From assembly GCF_000619845.1 (NCBI RefSeq), contig NZ_JHUX01000003.1:1240064-1272063 (forward strand): a stretch of DNA of 32,000 bases. Direction: 5' to 3'. The notes under the pieces were generated by a model that did no database searches, was not told where the DNA came from, and saw only the letters and a program-made list of their open reading frames with translations. The position numbers and the translations under genes are program-made. The DNA comes from Alkanindiges illinoisensis DSM 15370. Lineage in GTDB: Bacteria; Pseudomonadota; Gammaproteobacteria; Pseudomonadales; Moraxellaceae. This document shows positions 9,056 to 18,358 of this stretch, piece by piece. How positions within the stretch are numbered: the stretch's first letter is position 1; each line of letters begins with the position of its first letter.

Positions 9056-9139
9056 CTGGTTTAACTGGTTTTAGTTTGGCTGGTTTTATTTCAAAAGCTA
9101 AAAGCTGTTTTCAGCACCAGCCTTCACAAGCGTTTACCG

Positions 9140-9853
9140 CTATTTCATTGCTGCCTCAAAGCGCTGGTTGACCTTGTTCCAGTTCACCACATTCCAGAAT
9201 GCCTTGGTATAATTAGCACGCTTGTTTTGGTATTTCAGATAATAGGCATGCTCCCAAACATCCAGACCGAGTAAAGGCTGGCCTTTTGTTTCGGCAATAT
9301 CCATCAATGGATTGTCCTGATTAGGGGTCGAAGTAACCATCAGTTTATGATCTGGTGTCATGACTAACCATGCCCAGCCAGAACCAAAACGGCTGGTTGC
9401 TGCCTCATTAAATTTTTGCTCAAAGGCATCCAGCGAGCCAAAGTCAGCATTGATTTGTTTGAGTAATGCCTCGCTGGGTTTACCTGCCTTGGCTTTCGGA
9501 CTTAAGCTTTCCCAGAAAAAACTGTGGTTATAGTGGCCGCCAGCATTGTTGCGCACTGCAGTATTGTATTTGGAAATTTGTGCCTGTACCTGCTCAATAC
9601 TCATTTTGTCCAGTGCAGGATAGTTCTTGATTTCCTTGTTTAGGTTATCGACGTAGCCCTTGTGATGCTTGCCATAGTGAATTTCCATGGTTTGCTTATC
9701 AATGGATGGCTCCAGCGCACCTGACGAATAAGGTAATGGTGCCTGCTTAAATTCAGCAAAGGCAGCACTTGCCATCCCCAAGCTGGACACAATGAGTGCG
9801 GAAATACCCAAAGAACGAAAATAAACCGACACGGCCTGCTCCTTAACTGTCAT
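9140..9853 (-). CDS. Fe/Mn-family superoxide dismutase (Mn-type C-terminal signature) with an N-terminal Sec-type signal peptide
   Basis: 'HYGKHHKGYVDNLN' and 'GLDVWEHAYYLKYQNKRANY' are SOD Fe/Mn motifs. The N-terminus 'MTVKEQAVSVYFRSLGISALIVSSLGMASAAFA|EF' has an n/h/c-region signal peptide with an AFA cleavage site. The likely true start is the GTG at 9832, 6 nt after AAGGAG (9844-9839); the signal peptide is retained either way. Confidence 0.9.
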   Translation of the reverse strand: MTVKEQAVSVYFRSLGISALIVSSLGMASAAFAEFKQAPLPYSSGALEPSIDKQTMEIHYGKHHKGYVDNLNKEIKNYPALDKMSIEQVQAQISKYNTAVRNNAGGHYNHSFFWESLSPKAKAGKPSEALLKQINADFGSLDAFEQKFNEAATSRFGSGWAWLVMTPDHKLMVTSTPNQDNPLMDIAETKGQPLLGLDVWEHAYYLKYQNKRANYTKAFWNVVNWNKVNQRFEAAMK

Positions 9854-10109
9854 TGATCAAATACCCCTAACCGTAGCAAACGATTCTCAATTCGATGTAG
9901 GCTTGCTGTAAGCTTTTAGTAAAATTCCAGCAAAAATAAGCACATATTCTTGATTTTCTTAAAATGAACTTAAAAAAGGTACATGAATTGATTGTTATTA
10001 AGATGAGTTTTTAGCAACTGTAGTATTTAAAAATTAAACGGGCTAAAAGACCTATCCGTTGCAAAAGCCGCCTATAATAAGCCGACTCTTTTTGTATTGC
10101 TAAACGGTT

Positions 10110-11171
10110 ATGTCACATTCTCCTAAAAATCCGCCCATTGTTGGCATACTGGCTTTGTGTCGCATTGGCTTTGAGCGCGAGTGCAGTAGCGAGCTTGAAC
10201 GCTGGTTTGGTGAGCGTGGTGCCGATGGCTATGTCAAATTTGAAAAACTGAGCGGTCAGGTGATCTGGTTTGGGCAAAGCAAGCAGTTTCCGAAAACATC
10301 CGAGCTTATTTTTGCCCGCCAAGTGGTCAAGCTGATTAGCAAAACACCGGTTTATTTTGATAATAAAGACCGGATTACCCCGATTTTAAGTGCGCTGGAA
10401 GATCAATCCTACAGTGCGATTTATTTTGATAATACCGATACCAACGACGGCAACAGCATGGCAGATTTGTTTCACCGCCTGCAAAAACCACTGCTATCTG
10501 CAGCTGGTAAAGCCAACATTTTAAACCGTGATGCCAAACAGCGTGCCCATCTGGTGTTTATTGATGGTACAGCGGCCTGGCTTGGTGTGAGTGAACCCGG
10601 TGAAACCCTGAAATGGCCAATGGGCATTCCGCGCCTGAAAATGCCACAGGATGCCCCGAGCCGCTCTACCCTAAAACTGGCCGAAGCCTTTGCCTATTTT
10701 ATGGACAAGGAAGAACAGGCAGAATGGCTGCGTGAAGGCTTAACGGCTGTGGATCTGGGCGCTTGCCCCGGTGGCTGGACTTATCAGTTGGTAAAACATG
10801 GCTTGCAGGTGGTTGCGATTGATAATGGTGCCATGAATGAAAAAATCATGGAAACTGGTCAGGTTGAACACATCAAAGCCGACGGATTTGTGTATCGGCC
10901 ACCGCGTCCAGTACATTGGCTGGTATGCGATATGGTGGAAAAACCAGCTCGTGTGGCGCAATTGATGGCCGACTGGCTGGCGGATGGCGATGCGAAGCGC
11001 GCCATGTTTAACCTGAAACTGCCCATGAAAACCCGGCTGGATGAAGTGGAATACTGCCGTGAGATTATTGAAGAACGATTGAAACAGGCCGGTAAAAAAA
11101 TTGAACGCCTGCAATTTCGCCAGTTATACCATGACCGTGAAGAAGTGACTGGGTTTTTGGTTGTTAGATAA
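10110..11171 (+). CDS. rlmM: 23S rRNA (cytidine2498-2'-O)-methyltransferase
   Basis: 353 aa. N-terminal 'ALCRIGFERECSSEL' THUMP-like region, SAM-binding 'DLGACPGGWTYQLV', and 'CDMVEKP'. Confidence 0.92.
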   Translation: MSHSPKNPPIVGILALCRIGFERECSSELERWFGERGADGYVKFEKLSGQVIWFGQSKQFPKTSELIFARQVVKLISKTPVYFDNKDRITPILSALEDQSYSAIYFDNTDTNDGNSMADLFHRLQKPLLSAAGKANILNRDAKQRAHLVFIDGTAAWLGVSEPGETLKWPMGIPRLKMPQDAPSRSTLKLAEAFAYFMDKEEQAEWLREGLTAVDLGACPGGWTYQLVKHGLQVVAIDNGAMNEKIMETGQVEHIKADGFVYRPPRPVHWLVCDMVEKPARVAQLMADWLADGDAKRAMFNLKLPMKTRLDEVEYCREIIEERLKQAGKKIERLQFRQLYHDREEVTGFLVVR

Positions 11172-11356
11172 GTAGGATTTTTTGCTTCATAGTCTTTAAA
11201 GCTCTAAGAACTAAAAGAACTTTTCAAAATATTAATTATTGGCTACTTATTAGGCAGTAATTAATATTTTTACAAACACTATACTGTATATGGCACTATT
11301 CTAGCTTCATTATTATTAAATGAGTAACCCAATTTACTGCTAATACAGAGCTAAGA

Positions 11357-14209
11357 ATGCTAAAACTTGATCAGGAAAAATTTGTTGACTACTCAGAAAA
11401 TTATTATCTTGAAACTTATCATCATCATAGATTAGTCTATGATATAAAGATAAAACAAGTTATAGGTAAACTACCTGAAGATATTGTAAATAGTGATGCA
11501 TATATTCATTTAGAATGTAAAAATGATAAAGCCTATTTATATTATTTTCATAATCATAAAAAAATTTATTTTAAAATTAATAAATCAGGAGAATTAATAC
11601 CAGATTCCAACCAGGTTCCTGAATTATTTATTATATTAACTATCAAAGATAATTATTTTTCCTTAAACACAAATAATCTATTTTTAAGAATAGACCGTAA
11701 AGGCTTTGCCAGCTTTAGTGCTAGTGTCCAAAAAGAATGGGAAACCTTGACATTGGGTAATATCGCTTTTCTTGATAAAAAGCTAACAGTTGTAGTCAAT
11801 GTTAAAAATGCTGAGAAATCCTTACAGCAGCTATTTGAATCAATCAGTCCCAGCTTTAATACTTCAGTGGGTATCCTGTTTCTGGTTAGTCCCAGTAAAG
11901 ATAATAGTCTTAATATGGTGAGAAAATATCAGGAGCATTATGCTTCTAATGTTGATTACTATCAAACGACCACTACTGAAAAGCTGGTCAATAGAAATCT
12001 GGCTTTACCTCTATTACAATCTGATTGGGTAACCTATATTGAAGCAGATGATTTTTACTCATCGGATTTTTTTAACCAAATTGAGCAAAAACTGAGTGAT
12101 CCATTAATTGGTTTAATTGTGAGTAATAGCTTAGTATTTGATACTGTACAAAATAAATATGAATGCCGTGATTCGCAATCATGGCGATTTAAACAAGCAG
12201 AAACAGTCGTATATAAGCATGAGCTAAAAGATCATTTTATTTATAGTTCATATGGGTTACTATTCAAAACAGCTATTATTAAACAATATAGTCTTAAATT
12301 TAATGAACATTTAAAACATTACTCAGGTGCCTTACTTTCTAATCATTATCTTCTGGTTATGCTGGATGAAAAAATTGTATTTCTTCGCGAACCCCATATC
12401 CTGTTAAGAAAATCACCGGTTAGAACTTACTCACCGCCAAAAGATGCACCCAAACTTTCCCAGGAAAATGTTGATGCCATTAAACAGGCATTTATTGCTG
12501 TAATTAGGCAGACAAAACAGGCCTATCAGGATACTATCCCAACTTATATTAAGCAGGTAATACTTTATTATATAGCCAAGAATATAAAGCAAAATTACAA
12601 TAAGCCTTTAAGCCAAGTTTTTGCCACTACAGACGCAGCCCAGGATTTTTTAGAATTATTAGTTGGCTTGGCCAAGGAACTTACGCTCGAAGAACTTAGA
12701 AAATTTCCTTCCCTTCGTAAACTTGAGTTTTTTTTAAGTGGAATTTTAAACCTTTTATATCAGGTTTCTCCTATCGTTGTTAATACCTATGTGGAGAAGA
12801 TAAATTTTGAATCTAATCGTTTGCTGATTAAATATTTTTCAGCCAATGATGTAAAGATAAATATCCTACACGGCAATACTTTGGTTGAACCCGTTACCCA
12901 AAAACTTATTCATCATCAGTATCTGGACAAGTTATTTATTAAGGAAAAACGGGTCTGGATTGATTTTCCTAAAGCAGAACAGCAGTTGAAGATTTTAGTC
13001 GATAATCGTTTAACAACAATTCATTTTAACAATCAGCTATTCACTAGCGGTCTGCCCCATAGTGCACTTAAAGCCTACCAAAAGCAGTTGCCTAAACCTG
13101 TATCTACAAGCAAATATATTAATTGCTGGCTATTTATGGATCGCGATATTCAGGCAGACGATAATGCTGAACACTTATATCGCTATACCAAGCGCTTTAG
13201 AAAAAATATTTACTTTGTATTAAGAAAGGATTCACATGATTGGCCACGACTTGAACAAGAAGGTTTTCAGCTTATTGAGTTTGCAAGTAAAGATCATGAA
13301 GAAGCTTTAAATTATTGTTCCAAATTAATCAGCTCTCATTTTGATTATTATGTCACACATTTATTTGGCAAAAATACATTAAGCCATAAACAGTATATCT
13401 TTTTAACGCATGGGATGATTTTGGCGGATTTATCCATGATTTTAAATAGTAAAAATATTGACCTGTTGATTACAAGCTCTCTATTAGAACATCATTCTAT
13501 TTGCCATGATGGTTCCAAATATAAATACACAACAGAAGAAGCCAAACTTTTAGGCTTGCCCAGACATGACTTTTTAATTAAAAACAAGCATAAATATCAG
13601 GACAAAGTAATCCTGGTGATGCCTACCTGGCGAACTTATATTACAGGCTATAAAGTTGGTTTAACGCATAATAGAGATCTTAATGCCCAGTTTACCGCAT
13701 CAGATTATTATAAACACTGGAAAGGCTTTTTAGTCAGTGCGCATCTTAAGCAATTATGCGATGAATTTGGCTATCGGCTTATCTTTTTCCCGCATGTCAA
13801 TATACAGCCCTACCTGCATCTATTTGAGTTACCAGATTATATTGAGGTACGTCAGCATCTGGATACTTCTATTCAGGAGTTGTTTTTGAAATCCAGCCTA
13901 ATGATTACTGATTATTCCTCAGTACAGTTTGAAATGGCACTGCTGGATAAACCAGTAATTGGCTATCACTTTGATCGCGATAAAGTATTGTCGCATCATA
14001 TTGCCGGCAAAGGCAATATCGACCATGAAAATGAAGCGCTAGGACCATTAGTCACTACTCAGAATGAGCTGTTATCGACACTACAAAGTATCTTGGCAAA
14101 TGGCGGACAGCTTAGCCCAAACTATCTCGAAAAAATTGACCGGTTCTTTGCGCATCGGGACGGTCAAAACTGTCAACGAGTATATAAGGCAATCACAGCT
14201 TTAGGTTAA
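11357..14209 (+). CDS. Multidomain fusion: unassigned N-terminal module (~140 aa) + divergent GT2 (GT-A) glycosyltransferase + CDP-glycerol/ribitol glycerophosphotransferase (TagB/TagF family)
   Basis: 950 aa at about 22-30% GC. GT2-like region: 'LTVVVNVKNAEKSLQQLFESI' ... 'YIEADDFY' (DxD-type motif). TagF-type motifs at the C-terminus: 'VILVMPTWRTY', 'LIFFPHVN', 'LMITDYSSVQFEMALLDKPVIGYHFD'. Confidence 0.85.
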   Translation: MLKLDQEKFVDYSENYYLETYHHHRLVYDIKIKQVIGKLPEDIVNSDAYIHLECKNDKAYLYYFHNHKKIYFKINKSGELIPDSNQVPELFIILTIKDNYFSLNTNNLFLRIDRKGFASFSASVQKEWETLTLGNIAFLDKKLTVVVNVKNAEKSLQQLFESISPSFNTSVGILFLVSPSKDNSLNMVRKYQEHYASNVDYYQTTTTEKLVNRNLALPLLQSDWVTYIEADDFYSSDFFNQIEQKLSDPLIGLIVSNSLVFDTVQNKYECRDSQSWRFKQAETVVYKHELKDHFIYSSYGLLFKTAIIKQYSLKFNEHLKHYSGALLSNHYLLVMLDEKIVFLREPHILLRKSPVRTYSPPKDAPKLSQENVDAIKQAFIAVIRQTKQAYQDTIPTYIKQVILYYIAKNIKQNYNKPLSQVFATTDAAQDFLELLVGLAKELTLEELRKFPSLRKLEFFLSGILNLLYQVSPIVVNTYVEKINFESNRLLIKYFSANDVKINILHGNTLVEPVTQKLIHHQYLDKLFIKEKRVWIDFPKAEQQLKILVDNRLTTIHFNNQLFTSGLPHSALKAYQKQLPKPVSTSKYINCWLFMDRDIQADDNAEHLYRYTKRFRKNIYFVLRKDSHDWPRLEQEGFQLIEFASKDHEEALNYCSKLISSHFDYYVTHLFGKNTLSHKQYIFLTHGMILADLSMILNSKNIDLLITSSLLEHHSICHDGSKYKYTTEEAKLLGLPRHDFLIKNKHKYQDKVILVMPTWRTYITGYKVGLTHNRDLNAQFTASDYYKHWKGFLVSAHLKQLCDEFGYRLIFFPHVNIQPYLHLFELPDYIEVRQHLDTSIQELFLKSSLMITDYSSVQFEMALLDKPVIGYHFDRDKVLSHHIAGKGNIDHENEALGPLVTTQNELLSTLQSILANGGQLSPNYLEKIDRFFAHRDGQNCQRVYKAITALG

Positions 14210-14221
14210 CCTACTGACCAA

Positions 14222-14255
14222 TAAAAAGCCCACCAAATAAATGATGGGCTTTTTA
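14222..14255. terminator. Bidirectional rho-independent terminator between the GT2/TagF gene and lysS
   Basis: AAAAAGCCCA-ccaaataaatga-TGGGCTTTTT. Confidence 0.8.
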
Positions 14256-14362
14256 TTGGTACGCTATTTTTTATGCCACAGAAAAATCACAGATTTTTCA
14301 CTTGCGGCGCAAGCAGATGAGAAGTATTGCTTCGCAAGACGTAGCAACGCGGAGTGGCTCTG

Positions 14363-15913
14363 CTAATCTTTGCGTCTCATATGTGGAAACAAAATCACAT
14401 CGCGGATACTGGCCGCATCAGCAAACAGCATCACCAAACGGTCAATGCCAATGCCCTGGCCTGCGGTTGGGGGCAAGCCGTATTCCAGCGCTTCAACAAA
14501 GTCGGCATCATAATGCATGGCTTCATCATCACCCGCATCTTTTTCAGCCACCTGCGCCTGGAAGCGCTCGGCCTGATCAATCGGGTCATTTAACTCGCTA
14601 AAGCCATTAGCCAGTTCGCGCCCGCCAATAAAGAATTCAAAGCGGTCAGTCACATGCGGGTTGGTATCGCTACGACGGGCCAGCGGTGAGGTTTCTGCCG
14701 GATATTCAGTAATAAAGGTGGGTTGGCGCAGCTTGGTTTCTACGGTTTCTTCAAACACAATAGTTTGCAGTTTGCCCAAGCCAAAGCCCGGTTTCACCTG
14801 CTCTTTTAAGGTATTTTGCACAAAGCCAGCCAGAAACTCGCGGTCATTCACTTGGTCGCGAGTCAGTTCAGGGTTGTTTTCCAGAATGGCATCAACCATG
14901 GAAATCTTTTTATAAGGGCCTTTAAAACTGAATACTTCGCCTTGATACGGCACATCGGTACTGCCCAGAATATCCAGTGCCAGGCTTGAAAGCATGTTTT
15001 CAGTGAGCTGCATCAGGTCTTTGTAATCGGCATAAGCCTGATAAAACTCAATCATGGTAAATTCAGGATTGTGCCGTGTAGACACGCCTTCATTACGGAA
15101 ATTGCGGTTAATTTCAAATACACGCTCAAAACCGCCAACCACCAAACGCTTTAAATACAATTCTGGTGCAATGCGTAAATACAGCTCCATGTCCAGCGCA
15201 TTGTGATGAGTCACAAACGGACGCGCGGCTGCCCCACCCGGAATCACATGCATCATGGGCGTTTCCACTTCCATAAAGCGCTCGCCAATCAGGTATTCAC
15301 GGATACCGGCAATCACTTTGGCGCGGATTTCAAAGGTGCGGCGGGTGTCTTCGTTGGTGATTAAATCAAGATAACGCTTGCGGTATTTGGCTTCGGTATC
15401 GCTTAAGCCATGAAACTTGTCGGGTAATGGACGTAAGGATTTGGTCAGTAATTCAATACTGGTCAAATCCACATACAAATCGCCCTTGCCTGAGCGAGCC
15501 AGCGTGCCTTTGGCTGCAATAATGTCGCCAAGGTCAAGTTGCTTGATCAATTCCAGTTCGTCAGCAGACAAGACTTTGCGGTTTACATATAACTGGATAC
15601 GGCCTGTCATGTCCTGCATCACCATGAACGAGCCACGGTTAAGCATCAGGCGTCCAGCAACAGTAACCGGAATAGTAGTCGCTGCCAGATCCTCCTTGCT
15701 GCTGTCCTTGTATTGTTCCTGCAAGTCACCCGCATAATGATCACGTTTAAAGTGATTTGGCCATGCATTGCTGCCTGCTTGCTTGGCCTTTTCTACAATA
15801 GCATTCAGCTTGGCATGACGCTGCGCAATTAAGTCGTTTTCAGAAATTTGTTGATCGTCCGGAACTTGATCCGACGTGGCTTGGCCTAAATTGTGCTGAC
15901 CTGACTGCGCCAT
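14363..15913 (-). CDS. lysS: Lysine--tRNA ligase (class II)
   Basis: 516 aa. 'FMEVETPMM', '[20 protein letters not shown]' and '[11 protein letters not shown]' are class II motifs 1-3. GAGG RBS 7 nt upstream of the start. Confidence 0.97.
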   Translation of the reverse strand: MAQSGQHNLGQATSDQVPDDQQISENDLIAQRHAKLNAIVEKAKQAGSNAWPNHFKRDHYAGDLQEQYKDSSKEDLAATTIPVTVAGRLMLNRGSFMVMQDMTGRIQLYVNRKVLSADELELIKQLDLGDIIAAKGTLARSGKGDLYVDLTSIELLTKSLRPLPDKFHGLSDTEAKYRKRYLDLITNEDTRRTFEIRAKVIAGIREYLIGERFMEVETPMMHVIPGGAAARPFVTHHNALDMELYLRIAPELYLKRLVVGGFERVFEINRNFRNEGVSTRHNPEFTMIEFYQAYADYKDLMQLTENMLSSLALDILGSTDVPYQGEVFSFKGPYKKISMVDAILENNPELTRDQVNDREFLAGFVQNTLKEQVKPGFGLGKLQTIVFEETVETKLRQPTFITEYPAETSPLARRSDTNPHVTDRFEFFIGGRELANGFSELNDPIDQAERFQAQVAEKDAGDDEAMHYDADFVEALEYGLPPTAGQGIGIDRLVMLFADAASIRDVILFPHMRRKD

Positions 15914-16236
15914 TATCTGCCTCTAAGCGTTAGGAAAAAATAAGGCAGCAATCATAGCAGAAAACCCTTATATTGACAGCAAAGCAAACTCATCCTACCG
16001 ATCTATCAAAGAAAAGCGCTTTATCCATAAATAAAGTTTTGGCATAAGGCCTTTTTAATGTTTACGCAGATGTACACTTTTTAACCTTAGACTCTTATAA
16101 CTCTCATGTAATTAACATGCAGTCATTGTTTTTAATACCTAACCAGATTGAGACAGCGCATCAGCGACTGGCAGTATAGCTAGACGTTTTAAGACCGATA
16201 GCTTCAGCTTTCATTCTAATATTTGAGGATATAACA

Positions 16237-17400
16237 ATGCGCGCATTGACTTACCATGGTGCCAAGGATGTTCGAGTAGAAACGGTTGCAGATCCAGTAA
16301 TTCAGGAACCCGATGATGTCATTTTGCGAGTCACTGCAACAGCTATTTGTGGTTCTGATTTACACCTGTATCGCGGCAAGATTCCTGCTACCAAGCATGG
16401 CGACATTTTCGGCCATGAATTTATGGGCATCGTTGAAGAAGTTGGTCCCGAAGTCACTGAAGTGAAAAAGGGCGACCGTGTCATTATTCCGTTTGTGATT
16501 GCCTGTGGTCACTGTTTCTTTTGTGAGCACGACCTGACAGCCGCCTGTGAAAATACCAACCCTGACCGTGGTGCGATTTTAAACAAGAAACAGATTCCAC
16601 CGGGTGCAGCCCTGTTTGGCTATAGTCATCTGTATGGTGGTGTACCGGGTGGTCAGGCGGAATATGTTCGCGTGCCAAAAGGTAATGTCGGACCCTTTAA
16701 AGTGCCAGGTTCCCTGCCGGATGAAAAAGTTCTGTTCCTCACCGATATTTTGCCGACTGGCTGGCAAGCGGTAGTGAACGCACAAGTTAAAAAAGGCTCC
16801 AGTGTGGCCATTTATGGGGCTGGTCCCGTAGGATTAATGGCAGCAGCTTGCGCGCGTTTGCTGGGTGCAGAACAGATTTTTATGGTCGATCATCATGAAT
16901 ACCGCCTGAACTATGCGCGGGAAACCTACGGTGCTATTCCGGTAAATTTTGACCGGGTGGATGCTGCCGAATTTATCATTGAAAATACGGCTGGCAAGCG
17001 TGGTGTGGATGCTGTGATTGATGCGATTGGTTTTGAAGCCAAAGGCAGCATGATAGAAACGGTACTTACCAACTTGAAAATTGAAGGTTCCAGTGGTGCT
17101 GCACTGCGTCAATGTATTGCTGCGGTGCGCCGTGGCGGTGTGGTCAGTGTACCGGGTGTTTATGCCGGGCCAATTCATGGCTTCCTGTTTGGTGATGCCT
17201 TTGATAAAGGCCTGACCTTTAAAATGGGTCAAACCCATGTGCATCACTTCCTGCCAGAGTTGCTCGAACACATTGAAAATGGTGACCTGAATCCGGAAAT
17301 TATCATTACCCATCGCATGAAGCTGGAAGATGCCGCTGAAGGTTATCGCATTTTTGAGCAGCGTGAGCAGGAATGCCGTAAAGTGATCCTGACGCCTTAA
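16237..17400 (+). CDS. Zinc-dependent (MDR family) alcohol/formaldehyde-type dehydrogenase
   Basis: 387 aa. Catalytic Zn 'CGSDLH...[12 protein letters not shown]', structural Zn 'CGHCFFC', Rossmann 'IYGAGPVGL'. GAGGA RBS. Confidence 0.9.
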   Translation: MRALTYHGAKDVRVETVADPVIQEPDDVILRVTATAICGSDLHLYRGKIPATKHGDIFGHEFMGIVEEVGPEVTEVKKGDRVIIPFVIACGHCFFCEHDLTAACENTNPDRGAILNKKQIPPGAALFGYSHLYGGVPGGQAEYVRVPKGNVGPFKVPGSLPDEKVLFLTDILPTGWQAVVNAQVKKGSSVAIYGAGPVGLMAAACARLLGAEQIFMVDHHEYRLNYARETYGAIPVNFDRVDAAEFIIENTAGKRGVDAVIDAIGFEAKGSMIETVLTNLKIEGSSGAALRQCIAAVRRGGVVSVPGVYAGPIHGFLFGDAFDKGLTFKMGQTHVHHFLPELLEHIENGDLNPEIIITHRMKLEDAAEGYRIFEQREQECRKVILTP

Positions 17401-17467
17401 TCCATTTTTATAACGCTTAAAAATTAAAGGCATTGTATTAAGTCTGGTTTGCTCCGCTTTACTCACG

Positions 17468-17505
17468 TAGTCATCCTATATTCGTTTTAGGATGACTATT
17501 TTTTT
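17468..17505 (+). terminator. Rho-independent terminator of the Zn-ADH gene
   Basis: TAGTCATCCTA-tattcgttt-TAGGATGACTA followed by TTTTTTT (11-bp perfect stem). Confidence 0.85.
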
Positions 17506-17648
17506 ATGCCTGTATGACGCACTTCCGTTGCTGATTTATGCTTTCACATCGGCTAAAGGGTAAAGCGTTATCATGGACAACACTGAAAAATTATTAAATA
17601 ATTAATTTATGACACTATTATTTAATATTAATTATGAGGATTAACTGC

Positions 17649-18101
17649 ATGCCTGCTCCATTGTATCTGGACGACTTAAACATTGGCGATCGCTTTACCA
17701 GCCCAAGCTATACACTGGAAAAAGACAAGCTGCTGGAATTTGCGGGTGAATATGATCCTCAGCCGTTTCATCTGGATGATGAGCTGGCCAAGGACACCCT
17801 GTTTAATGGGCTGGCTGCCAGTGGCTGGCAAACTGCATCCATTACCATGAAGCTATGGACTGAAACCCTGCATATTGCCAACGGCCTGATTGGTATTGAT
17901 TGCCATTTAAAATGGCCCACGCCCACCCGCCCCGGTGATACCTTGCGTGTTGAAGCTGAAATTGTAGATATTAAGATTTCGCAAAGTAAGCCCAATATGG
18001 GCATCGTCACCTATCATAGCCTGACCAAAAACCAGCATGATCAGATAGTGCAAGACACAACGACCAAGGTTGTGGTGTTTAAGAAATCTGCTATGGCTTG
18101 A
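17649..18101 (+). CDS. MaoC-family (hot-dog fold) dehydratase
   Basis: 150 aa from the ATG at 17649. GAGGA at 17636-17640 sits 8 nt upstream, whereas the longer ORF start at 17634 overlaps that RBS. MaoC-like 'FHLDDELAKDTLFNGLAASGW' substrate-binding region. Confidence 0.85.
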   Translation: MPAPLYLDDLNIGDRFTSPSYTLEKDKLLEFAGEYDPQPFHLDDELAKDTLFNGLAASGWQTASITMKLWTETLHIANGLIGIDCHLKWPTPTRPGDTLRVEAEIVDIKISQSKPNMGIVTYHSLTKNQHDQIVQDTTTKVVVFKKSAMA

Positions 18102-18129
18102 AATTAACTTAATAGTGATGCGTTAATTA

Positions 18130-18179
18130 TTAGAACTACTTTGTCTGATTACCGCCTGTATAAGACAAAGTAGTTCTAA
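18130..18179. repeat. 17-bp perfect inverted repeat with a 16-nt spacer
   Basis: TTAGAACTACTTTGTCT (18130-18146) is the exact reverse complement of AGACAAAGTAGTTCTAA (18163-18179). No T-run follows on either strand. Confidence 0.85.
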
Positions 18180-18358
18180 CCTATTACTACTCTATTTCCT
18201 TGCATCTAAAAAACCAATTATTTTTATAAAAACAATCGTTTTTACATTTAAATCATTTTACCTGATACTGGCTTTATTGCTCAAGCAGCCAGCCCGGTAA
18301 CGCCAGCGCGCTACTTAAGCTTTCCCAATAATAGCCTGCATTCTTTATGAGGATAATC

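Noticed and set aside
9876-9894. Possible Fur box upstream of the SOD gene (minus strand CGAATTGAGAATCGTTTGC)
   Set aside because: It matches the 19-bp consensus GATAATGATAATCATTATC at only 12 of 19 positions by hand alignment. That is not distinguishable from chance in AT-rich intergenic DNA without a PWM score or conservation data.
14302-14601. Two plus-strand ORFs (99 and 79 aa) overlapping the 3' end of lysS
   Set aside because: They are antisense to lysS, Pro/His/Gln-rich with no motifs, and start inside the lysS downstream hairpin region.
16834-17466. 210-aa ORF antisense to the Zn-dependent dehydrogenase
   Set aside because: It fully overlaps a gene with strong catalytic and structural zinc motifs. 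The antisense product has no motifs and no RBS, and is typical of a shadow ORF.
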